Positions 20,301 through 31,800 of a DNA stretch of 64,000 bases are shown here, piece after piece (positions within the stretch are counted from its first letter, which is position 1; each line of letters opens with the position of its first letter). This DNA is from an uncultured Desulfobacter sp. (GTDB taxonomy: Bacteria; Desulfobacterota; Desulfobacteria; Desulfobacterales; Desulfobacteraceae). The notes under the pieces are model-generated. The model did not search any database and was not told the DNA's origin. It saw only the letters and a list, made by a program, of their open reading frames with translations. The position numbers were made by a program, and so were the translations under genes. Location of the stretch: positions 3,776,001 to 3,840,000 of the forward strand of contig OY762069.1 of the NCBI GenBank assembly GCA_963665095.1. Direction: 5' to 3'.

Positions 20301-23148
20301 TGATGCCAAAGGCACCACCACGGAACGTACCACCACCTATACCTATGATGCTGACGGAAACATCCTGTCTTCAACCATTGAGGCGGATACCAGCACGGAA
20401 GAAAGTACCACCACCTTTACCTACGATACTCAGGGCAACCTTGAATCCGTAACAAATCCCGAAGGCCACACCACCCGGTTCACAAACTTTGACATCATGG
20501 GCAATGTGCTTGCCAAAACCGATGCCAGGGGCAAAGAATGGTCCTACATCTACGATGCCAAAGGCCGGCTGACCTCCACCACAGATCCTTTGGACCACAC
20601 CACCACCTTTGAATACGATGCCCTGGACAACCGCATTGCAGTAATTGACCCCAATCTTAAACGAACTGAATACGAATACGACAACCTGTCTAACCTGGTC
20701 AGGGTCACAGACCCTCTGGGCAATGAGACCCTGATGACCTTCACCCCAGACAAAAAGCTGGCTTCCCAAACGGATGCCGCAGGCAGCGCCACAGCCTACG
20801 AGTACGACAATGAAAACCGCCTGACCCTGACCACAGATCCTGCCGGAAATGAAACTCAGCTCACCTATACGGACGGGTCCGGCTGTTCCTCCTGCGCCTC
20901 AGGCACCGGCAACCAGATCGACACGGTAACCTACCCAACCTTCAAGAAGCAATTCACCTACGACACCCAGGGAAGAAAGCTGACGGAAACGGACATCCTG
21001 TCTGATACGGAGTCCAGAACCACGGCATTTGAATACGACAATGCAGGCAACCTGATCCTGAAAACCGACGCACAGGACAACGACACCCTTTACGCCTATG
21101 ACGCCCTGAACCGCCTGACGCTCGTAGCAGATCCAGCCGGCGGCATAACCCGGTACGAATACGATGCCCGGGACAACCTGGTCAGCCTGACCGACGCCAA
21201 TGACAACACCACAAGATTTGAGTATGACAGGGCCAACCGCCTGACAAAAGAGATCCGCCCCATGGGCCAGACAACAGCTTATGTCTACGATGAAAACGGC
21301 AACCTGGCCCAGAAGACAGATGCCAGGAACCAGCTTATCACCTATACCTATGACGCCGCCAACCGCCTTACCCAAATCAACTACTACGCTGACGCATCAG
21401 ACGCAGACCCCGCCAAAACCGTCAAGTTCACCTACGACAACGCCGGCAATCTGCTCACCTGGAACGATGGCTCTGCATCCGGCACATTTACCTATGACGA
21501 CCTGAACCGCAAGCTCACTGATACAGTCAACTTCGGGCCGTTCACAAAAGCCATTGCCTGCACCTGGGCTGCCAACAGCCAGAAAAACAGCTACACAAAC
21601 CCGTCCGGCAATGTTTACAATTACGCCTACGTCAACAACCAGCTCGCAGGCATTGAGCTGCCGGGCACCGGCACCATCACCACCAGTGCCTACAAATGGA
21701 ACCGGCCGGCCACCATCCAGTACCCGGGCGGTACTAAACAAACCCGAACCTATGACCCGCTCATGCGCCTGACCTCGGTAACAGACCAGGACCCGGGCAG
21801 CAACAATGTCATGGTCTACACCTACACCCACGATCCCCTGGACAACATCACCCAAAAATCCACGGAACACGGAGACTATAATTACGATTACGACACCCTC
21901 CAGCGCCTGACATCTGCCGACAACCCGGAAACCCAGACCGACGAGGCCTTTACCTACGATGCCGTGGGCAACCGCCTCACAGATGCAGACAACGCTGCTA
22001 CCTGGACCTACAACCAAAACAACGAACTTGAAACCCACAGCAATACAAGCTATGAATACGATAACAACGGAAACACGGTCAAAAAGACGCTCAACGGTGT
22101 AACCACCCTGTTCTTTTACAACCTGGAAGACCGCCTGGAACGGGTAGAGAACGGCGCAGGCCAGGTCATCGCCCAATACGCCTACGACCCCTTTGGCCGC
22201 AGGCTGTGGAAAGAGACCTCCGGCACCAAAACATACTTCATGTATGCCGACGAAGGCCTGATCGGGGAATACACAGCCACAGGCACAGAAATCAGAACCT
22301 ACGGCTGGAAACTCGGATCAACCTGGGGCACTGATCCATTGTTCATGAAAATCGGAAGCCAGTACTATTTTTACCACAACGACCACCTCGGCACGCCTCA
22401 AAAAATGACATCCATCTCCGGAGCTGTTGTTTGGTCTGTTAAATATTCATCATTTGGTAAGGCCGAGGTTGATAGTTCCTCTACGATTGAGAATAACTTG
22501 AGATTCCCGGGACAGTATTTTGATGGGGAGGCTGGATTTCATTATAATTTGTGGAGATACTATAACCCTAATTCGGGCAGATATATAAAAGCTGATCCTG
22601 TAGGTTCTGAAGGTGGTATAAATTGGTTTCAATATGTCTCAAATAACCCCGTTAAGCTGACGGATCCTTGGGGACTTTTCCAATATTACCACAGATGGGG
22701 AGGCCCTGATTATACTGCTGGTATAAAAGGCAAATCATGGGAGACATTGTCTAAAGCTATCAGGAAAGATGTTTTAAGACAAATCCAAAATGGCTGGGAT
22801 CCCTACTCTCCGTACGAACCATACGATGAACAAGATACCTGTTATATGTATCATGATATCTGTTATGGGGAGAGGCGAATTGATTGTCGAAGTCAAAAAG
22901 GATGCTTCAATGATTGTGTCAGGGCTAAACTTAATAAATGTGATAATGAATTAATGCGCTGCCTAATTAAAATTGGAATGTCTGGGGATGCTTTATCCGA
23001 AGCTCATAGGCTATCAGCTATACCAGTATTTGTAATACAACCAAAGGTTAGAACGGGGTATCATAATTTTATCCAAGGAGGAAGAACACCTCCTACATCT
23101 GGGACGTGGGATCTTACAACATCGATGCATACTCTTGTAAATGAATAA
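17351..23148 (+). pseudogene. Giant Rhs copy 2, 5'-truncated but open; PLA2-like tip 2
   Basis: Homology to copies 1 and 3 starts abruptly at ~17351; DPWGL core end; tip HRWGGPDY...DTCYMYHDICY. Confidence 0.85.
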
Positions 23149-23425
23149 AGGCCCTATGTTTTGGAAAAATAACAAAGTCGTGCTGTTAATTACTTCATTA
23201 TTTTTATTAATACAGTTAGTTTTAATTATTGGATTCGATTCACCTCGAAAGAAAGAAGACAATATTTTACCCAAAGAAATAGTTTTAACCAAGGGCATGA
23301 AAATCTGTGCCGAAACAGAAAATGATTCCATTTGCATTTCGGCTATCGATGAGAACAAGCGTTCAATTTTTTGGGGTAGGGAACATATTATAATAACTCT
23401 TGTCCCAAGACAACAACGTTGGCAT

Positions 23426-25275
23426 CCCAAATCCACCGCCAATTTTTTACGTGGCATTCCGTGGCTGGATTTTTTGCTTTTTCTTAAAAAATTTCCAGCC
23501 GCGTGCGTGGCTTTTGGCATAACCGGCGTCCGCGCTACAATTCGGACAGAATTTTAGACGCACGTCCCCCTTTGTACTTCCATTCCTTTCAAAATTCCAA
23601 CAAATTATCCAGTTACCTCCTGAGAACCGTTATCCTGACGACAGCCCTTCCAGCAAGGCGATCCGTTTTCGGGCTCCTACTAAAACGTTAAAGCAAGGAT
23701 GACCTTTGGATAGCCTAAGGATCAACTCTCTGGACCTTTTTACTATTCGACCAGGGATATTGATAATTGAAAACCGGATGGCTTTCATCCTTCTGCCCAT
23801 CATTTGGGGCTCGAATGCCAAGCGTTTCAACATCTGGTTTAGATTAAGCGCCAGGATCATCATCCACCACCAGGCTGCATTTTCTCCAAAGTTACCCGAA
23901 GGCAATGTCCCCCCGGCCAGATCCTTTTTCATTATGGAGTGAACCTCCTCGCTTTTGCCGCATCTTTTGTGCAGCCAGTGGATAAGGTCCTCTCCATACA
24001 TATCCTGTTCCGGAATATTGGAGACAATACCAAACACTTTATACCGGAGCTCATCCATCTCCATGGTCGGAAACGGCAATTGCATTTGTTTGTCTTCCAT
24101 GCCTGGAAGAACCGGTTCAAGCACCTGACGTTTGGCAAGATAACGGTACTCAAGCCCTTTTTTGCTTTTCCCTATTCTTGAGGGGACAAAGCAGACTTCT
24201 GCCCATTCACTGCCGGTCTTCATTTTTTTACCGTTCATTTCTTTATAGATCGGCTTCCATTCAGAGGAAGGAACTTGGGCTACGGCAATTTTGAATGATT
24301 GAGTGACATCACACCCAACAGCAAATTCAATTCTCCCGAATCGATTGTTGTCTGCTGAATCACAATACTTTAAGAGGTCATGTTGGTAGCCGGCGGTATC
24401 TGATCTGAGCCGGACTTTTTCGACTCCCTGGGGTAAACAGGCCAGGGCTTCTTTGAAAACTCTTAATTGCTCGTGTCCTGCCGGAACATTCCCATCCCGA
24501 AATTCAGTGTGCAGGATCATATTCTGTTCAGCCCACCATGTATTGAAGGGCTGATAAGCCTTGAATCCTTTATAACAGAAGCTTGCTTCCTGTTTGCCTG
24601 TCTCAACCAGGGTCGCATCCTGATCCAGAGTGGCTGTTATGCATGGACGTGCCCCATTCATGGCATCACACATATCTTTGTTGATATGCGCGAAACCTTT
24701 AAGGTGGCGGTTAGAGGCCGGAATGAAAGCTTTGATTGAGGACTCTGAGCGTAACTGCTCTTGGGCGACATCATGAAAGGCCTTCAGGTATCTGAACATG
24801 GCTGAAGCAGAAGGAACAAATCGCTGTTTCTCTTTGCGCCATCTTCGTTCGATCTCACGCCTCTCTTTGCGTGGCAGCTTATAGTTCTCAGTTGAATGTA
24901 GTATCCTGCAAAATCCATGATCCGCATTTAAAATATTCAGATCGTCAACGCAGTTGCCGCCTGCAAGGTTCAACAGGATACCAGACAATACAAACTGGGA
25001 GTCTGTCCAGCCCTGGGAGCCCTTCTTTACGGTTAAATGCTTTTGAATCGATTTGGTCAGCCCAATCACTTTTGCCAAATCAAGATAAAGCGGCAGCCCA
25101 CCCAATGCAGTTGAGCCTCCGTCAGTTTTTTCCTGTTCGTACTTGAATGGTAAGATTCCCTGTGGCATAGTTTGTTGCACCCCGTTGGTGATAGTTTTTT
25201 GTTCGCACAAATACTCTATCTGCTTGAACCATCAAGCACAACGGGGTTTTTTATTTTTTTGATGGTGGATTAGGG
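23426..25275 (-). mobile_element. IS1380-family element
   Basis: IRs CCCAAATCCACCGCCAA / CCCTAATCCACCATCAA; flanking duplication (GG)CAT. Confidence 0.88.
23630..25210 (-). CDS. IS1380 family transposase
   Basis: LDQDAT, FRDGNVPA, RSDTAGY and RCGKSEEVHSIMKKDL motifs. Confidence 0.9.
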   Translation of the reverse strand: MCEQKTITNGVQQTMPQGILPFKYEQEKTDGGSTALGGLPLYLDLAKVIGLTKSIQKHLTVKKGSQGWTDSQFVLSGILLNLAGGNCVDDLNILNADHGFCRILHSTENYKLPRKERREIERRWRKEKQRFVPSASAMFRYLKAFHDVAQEQLRSESSIKAFIPASNRHLKGFAHINKDMCDAMNGARPCITATLDQDATLVETGKQEASFCYKGFKAYQPFNTWWAEQNMILHTEFRDGNVPAGHEQLRVFKEALACLPQGVEKVRLRSDTAGYQHDLLKYCDSADNNRFGRIEFAVGCDVTQSFKIAVAQVPSSEWKPIYKEMNGKKMKTGSEWAEVCFVPSRIGKSKKGLEYRYLAKRQVLEPVLPGMEDKQMQLPFPTMEMDELRYKVFGIVSNIPEQDMYGEDLIHWLHKRCGKSEEVHSIMKKDLAGGTLPSGNFGENAAWWWMMILALNLNQMLKRLAFEPQMMGRRMKAIRFSIINIPGRIVKRSRELILRLSKGHPCFNVLVGARKRIALLEGLSSG

Positions 25276-25862
25276 CATGGTAAATTGGGACTAATTTCTC
25301 CCAGACAGCCAAATAATCTTTGGAAAAGTCCAAATGGAGTAATAAGGCTACTTGTTCAAGAAGCAGAAATAAAATTCGATAGTACAGGTCACGCATTAAA
25401 AGGAATTAATTTTCCCGGGAAAGAGGACGGTTATAATGTGACATATAATGACAATGGACTCTTAATTATATGGCATAGCACTCAATCCGAGGAGGAAAAA
25501 ACGTTAGATTTGATGCTCTTTCAAATGATTATTAATGGGAAAAAACCAAGCACGTTACCGGGTAGTAACAACGACAAGATCAATGTTACCGGGGGCCGAA
25601 ATTAAGCGATAAATGGGGTAAGTGCCCGGTCGGGCCGAAAGTTCCGATTCTGGGTCGGGCCAAGCAAAATGATTTATAATCAAGCAGTTAACCTTGTTCA
25701 TTGCTGGCATTGCTGGGTCACGATAATAAGCTGTAATAATAGAACATAGCTTTTGATCACTTCTTCGAAAAGGGGCTATATTTGATTTTTCGAGAGCAAA
25801 AAAGTCATTTTAAAGATCGGCCACGATCAAAAGAGCTAACTTGTTCTTTGAAAATTTGTTTT

Positions 25863-28800
25863 ATTACCCCCGCCCACCAGTTCCAGGTCTACCAGGGCGG
25901 GCTGCCGCCCCTGGAACCGCCGTCATCTTTGACAGCCAAAGCCGCCGCCGGCGGCATCATCACCCTTGGCTGGGATGCCGTGGAAGATGCCGCAGGCTAC
26001 CAGGTTTACTGCAAAGCCTCGGGTGAGGCAGACCTGACACTGCTTACCACCATTGAAGCAACAACCACATACAGCCACCAGACAACCCTTGACGGCACCT
26101 ACACCTATGCCGTGGCCACCATCAGGGAAGAGAACCAGGAAGAGTCCGTTTCAGGCCTAAGCGACACCGTCACGGCCAGTGCCGATGCCACAGCCCCCAA
26201 TGCCCCGCGTAACCTGGCCCTGGAGATGACCTCCAAAGGCATTAAGCTGACCTGGGAGGCACCAGCCTACACCGAACCTGTCACTTACGCCATTTACAGG
26301 TCGGCCCGGACTCAGATTTTATCAGTGGAGGGGATGACACCCCTTGCAAAAGACATTAACCAGACCATGGTAATCGATCCCACGCCCTCCCCAACAGACC
26401 ATTGTTATGTGGTCACGGCCATGGATAAAACAGGCAATGAATCCGCCCCGTCAGACTCCCAATACCTGAACTTTGAACTTTTGCCCGTATCAACCCTTAA
26501 AGTTTCCCAGACCGACACGGACGCCCCGGTCCTGATCTGGACCCATGCCGATACCTCGGGCAAGATCCAGGGGTATTTCCTCTATCTTGGTGAAGATACC
26601 AGCGGGTTGCAGGTCAACTCCGTGCCCATGGCAGAGCAGGCCTTTACAGACCACGGGTATTCCTTTGACAACCGTTCGTACTTCGTCATAGCCGTAGATA
26701 CCAATGATGTCCAAAGCATGGGCCGGGCCATCACCCTGCCAAGAATCACCTTTACCCCGGCGGCTGATACCGGGATCAAACGCGGCATCATGAACGCGGT
26801 CTCCTTTACCATAGAAAACCAGTCCGGCAGGGCTTTATCCAACATGATCCTCAAGGCGGACCTTGGCGGCCGCACCCACCAGTCAGACACCTTTGCCCTG
26901 GCGGCCAAAGAATCCCGGGCCGTTGAAGTGATCATTGGCGGATATGATGAACTTGCCGATATAGAGACCCTTGCCGCAAGCCTTGTAATCACGCCCAACG
27001 CGGGAGAAACCGTTACCATCACAAGAAATTCACAGGTAGACGTATCAGATAGCCTGATGCCGCTGCAGATCAAAAACGAAGCGTTCATCCGGGGCGGAGC
27101 CGGCAAAGTCTGGTTCACCCTGTCCAACACAGGTGCCGCCGATGCACAGATCGTTACAGCAGAGCGAAGCAATACTCAAGACTCTTCAGAAATCCGCTAC
27201 TACCTCATGGATGAAGACGATAATGTTCTTTATTCAAAGGCGTTTAAACAAAGCCTGGGCGATCAAATCATCACCCTGTCCAACAAACGCACCGTAGCCC
27301 GGATACCCGGCGGGCAAATGTTTACATCAGCCCCCATGGACCTGTTCGTCCCTGCCAACGCCCCGGACACTGTATACGTACGCCTCGAGATTGACCACAT
27401 ATACAACAGCATGGGCAAAGACAACCAGGTCACCATGGCCGGTACCAGGACCCGGCAGGAGATCAGCCTCAAGGCCACCTCTTATTACGGTGAGATCCTT
27501 TCCATCGCCCCGGAGGTTTCCAAAGGGGACCAGAATATTACGATCACAGGCAGGGCCATTGACCGGCTGACGGATGAGCCCCTGGCAGATGCGGCGTTGA
27601 ACCTGTTTATCACGGTGAACGGATTTGAACGCAAGATTCCGGTGATGACCGGAGCCGACGGCACCTTTACCCACACCTTTGAACCCCTTGAGGGGGAAGC
27701 CGGCATCTTTTATGTCCATGCGGTCCACCCGGATCTTCTGGACCGGCCGGACCAGGGCAGCTTTATCATCAACAAGGTCCAGGTCACCCCGTCCAAGATC
27801 CAGGTATCTGTCCCCCGGAACTATGAGCAGAAGATCAGCCTCAAGGTAGTCACAGAAACAGGCACGGACCTGACCAACCTGACTGTGGCGGCCAATGCAG
27901 CGCTTCCCCAGGGGGTCCATCTGGACTGCGGTGAGCCCATCGCCATTGTTGAAGGCGGCAGAACCGTAACTTTAAGCCCGGTTCTCTGGGCAGACAACAG
28001 TGCCGAAGATACATCTTTGATTGAGCTTGTTGTCACCAGCGACGAGTCTGCGGGAGCCCCCTGGGCCACCATCCTGGTGGATGCCCTTTATTCTCAGAGC
28101 GAACCGGCCCTGTATTTTACTCCGGACCATATAGAAACCGGTGTGGCCCAGGGCGACATGGTCACCGAGACCATCACCCTGAGCAACAAGGGGCTTGCCG
28201 CCATGACCGGCGTGGCCCTGACCCTGATCAACTCCCAGGGCAATAGCGCCCCTGACTGGATACGGCTCAACACCCCGTCAGACATCGGCACCCTGGCTGT
28301 GGGGGATGAACGCAACGTCTCCATCAGCTTTCTTCCCGGGACTGATGAGCCCCAGGGCATGCAGGTCTTTTATCTGAAAGTTGAAAGCGACAACTACCCC
28401 GAAACCAAAATCGGCCTCTACCCCACCATCTCAAGCTCCGGCATCGGCCATGTCCTGTTCAAACTGTCTGATATCTACACCGGCACCTTCAATGCCAAAA
28501 ACGAGCTGATCCGGGGCCTTGGCAATGCCAGAATCCGGATGCAGAACGAAGCCACATTAGCCGACCACACAGCCACCACAGACGACCTGGGCGAAGCCCT
28601 GTTCGAGGATCTGCCCTCAGGGGCCTACAAATGCAAAATCACCGCAAACAACCACCAGGAGTACACCGGCCGTGTCTGGGTCAAGCCCGGCATTACCGTG
28701 GCAAAGGAGGTGTTCCTGGAGTACAACCTGATCACTGTGGAATGGGAGGTCAACGAGATCACCATTGAAGATAAATACGAAATCCTGCTCTCAGCCACAT

Positions 28801-31800
28801 TTGAGACCGATGTCCCTGCTGCCGTGGTCGTGGCCGAACCCTTGTCCGTCACCCTGCCGGACATGGAAAAAGGCGATGTCTACCTGGGCGAGTTCACCTT
28901 AACCAACCACGGCCTGATCCGGGCGGACGACCTTGACATCCCCGTGCCTGACAGCGACGACAACTTCCAGTACGAGATCCTCACCGGCATCCCGGACTCC
29001 CTGGAAGCCAAGCAGCGGCTCACCATCCCCTACCGCATCACCTGCCTTAACTCCCTGGAAGCTGACGAGGAAGACCAGACCGGCGGGGGCTGCTACACCT
29101 ACCAGAAGTGCATCCCCATATCTTACGGGTATGAGTGCGCCAACGGCCGGAACACCAGCGGTGCCACCCGGCACTGTTTTTACAAGAGCGGCGGCACATG
29201 CGGCTCCGGCAGTTCCGGCGGCAGCACCAGCGGCGGGGGCTCTTCCGGCTACTATTACTCAGGGGACGGCGGAGCCTCATCTTCATCCTCAGCCCCGTCC
29301 TACACCCCCATGGAAACAGACGAACGAAAATGCCTGCCCTCACCAGACCCCAAAGAACCCGAGTGCGACAAATGCAAGGCCACCAGCCAGAACCAGAGCA
29401 TCACCGTAGGCAGTGAGGTGAACACCCTTATGAGAGAATACAGGGACGAGGCCACGGACCTGACCGTTAAAACAGCCGGGGGCTTGCTCTCCATCACCCG
29501 TCGGTACCAGTCCGGCACCTGGCAGTGGGATGACCTGAAGCAAATGGTTGACGGCCGTCCCGATGCCACCTCCCCGTACACCCCTTCCGCCTATGGCCCG
29601 GATTATGTGACCCGGGGGGATGTGCCCTATGAAAAAACCGCCTCAGGCATATACAAAAACGAGACATTCACCATAGAGCGCAAAACCGATACAGATCAAT
29701 ACCAGGCAGACAAGTACACGTTCAAAGACAAGCACGGCAACTGGATCATCTACGACACTTCGGGCCGGCCCATGTCATACGGCAGCCGCACCGGCACCAC
29801 AGCCACATACCTGTATAACAGCCAGTACGATACCCGGCCCTCCGGCCTTGAGGACCGATACGGCGCACTGGTGTTCTCGTTTGATTTTGACGGAGACGGC
29901 AACCTGATCCGGGTCTATGATGCCGATGCCAGGGAGGTGCGCTACGATTACACTGACGGCCGCCTCACCCGGGTCACGGATGTACTTGACCATGAAACCG
30001 CTTACGAATACAGCAACGGCAACCTGATCAAAAAGACCAATGCCCTGGGCCATGAGACCCTGATCACCTACAACTCTTCCAATGATCCCGTCGAGGTCAC
30101 CAACCCCGGCGGCGGGGCCTACACCTTTGAATACGACTATGACAAAAACAAAAAGCAGTACTATGCCATGGTCAAAACCCCGGGCGGCACAGTCAGGGAG
30201 ATGTGGTACTCTGCCGACAGCGACACCATCCGGGTGGACATAAACGGAGAGACCATCCAAAAGGTTGATGTGGACAACAGGACCCACATCATCACAGACA
30301 GGGCCGGCAACGAGACAATCAAAACCTATGATGAAAACGACAACCTTAAATCCATTACCTATCCTGACGGCACCAAGGTGCTGTACCAGTATGACCTGTC
30401 CCTGAACAAGCCGGTGCAAAAGCAGGACCGGCGCAACAGCATCACCACCAATGAGTACGACAATGCCGGCAACCTGATCCAAAAGGTTGATGCCAAAGGC
30501 ACCACCACGGAACGTACCACCACCTATACCTATGATGCTGACGGAAACATCCTGTCTTCAACCATTGAGGCGGATACCAGCACGGAAGAAAGTACCACCA
30601 CCTTTACCTATGACACCACCGGTAACCTTGAATCCGTAACAGATCCCGAAGGCCACACCACCAGGTTCACAAGCTTTGACATCATGGGCAATGTGCTGGC
30701 AAAAACCGATGCCAGGGGTAAAGAGTGGTCCTACATCTACGATGCCAAAGGACGGCTGACGGCCACCACAGATCCTTTGGACCACACCACTACCTTTGAA
30801 TATGATGCCCTGGACAACCGCACAGCTGTCATTGATCCCAACCTCAAACGGACAGAATACGAATATGACACCCTATCCAACCTGGTCAAGGTCAAAGATC
30901 CATTAGGCAATGGGACCCTGATGACTTACACTCCGGACCAAAAGCTGTCTTCACAAACCGATGCCACAGGCAGCACCACAGCCTACGAGTACGACAATGA
31001 AAACCGCCTGACCCTGACCATGGACCCGGCCGGCAACGAAACCCGGCTCACCTATACAGACGGGTCCGGCTGCTCCTCCTGCGCATCCGGCTCCGGCAAC
31101 CAGATCGACACGGTAACCTACCCGACCTTCAAAAAACAGTTCACCTACGACACCCAGGGAAGAAAGCTGACAGAAACCGATATCCTGTCTGACACGGAAT
31201 CCCGGACCACGGCCTTTGAATACGACAATGCAGGCAACCTGATCCTGAAAACCGACGCACAGGACAACGACACCCTTTACGCCTATGACGCCCTGAACCG
31301 CCTGACGATTGTGGCAGATCCAGCCGGCGGCATGACCCGGTACGAATACGACGCCCGGGACAACCTGATCAGCCTCACCGACGCCAATGACAATACCACC
31401 CGGTTCGAGTACGACCGTGCCAACCGCCTGACAAAAGAGATCCGCCCCATGGGCCAGACAACAGCCTATGTCTATGATGAAAGCGGAAACCTGGCCCAGA
31501 AGACAGATGCTAAGAACCAGCTTACCACCTATACCTACGACACAGCCAACCGCCTGACCCAAATCAAATACTATGCCGACGCATCAGATCCCGATTCCGC
31601 CAAAACCGTCAAGTTCACCTACGACAACGCCGGCAATCTGCTCACCTGGAACGATGGCTCTGCATCCGGCACATTTACCTATGACGACCTGAACCGCAAG
31701 CTCACTGATACAGTCAACTTCGGGCCGTTCACAAAAACCATTACCTACACCTGGGCTGCCAACAGCCAGAAAAACAGCTACACAGACCCATCCGGCAATG

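Larger units (their letters stand above)
23141..25605 (+). pseudogene. Putative immunity protein 2 split by IS1380 (reconstructs to ~203 aa)
   Basis: Joining 23425 to 25279 gives in-frame ...QQRWH-GKLGLISPRQ...; N-terminal hydrophobic helix. Confidence 0.8.

Noticed and set aside
25606..25860. Possible IS-end remnant before Rhs copy 3
   Set aside because: No matching partner end, TSD or transposase fragment could be identified
25782..25862. Called N-terminus of the 2465-aa ORF
   Set aside because: Non-homologous to the paralogous segment near 36110; no RBS or signal peptide seen
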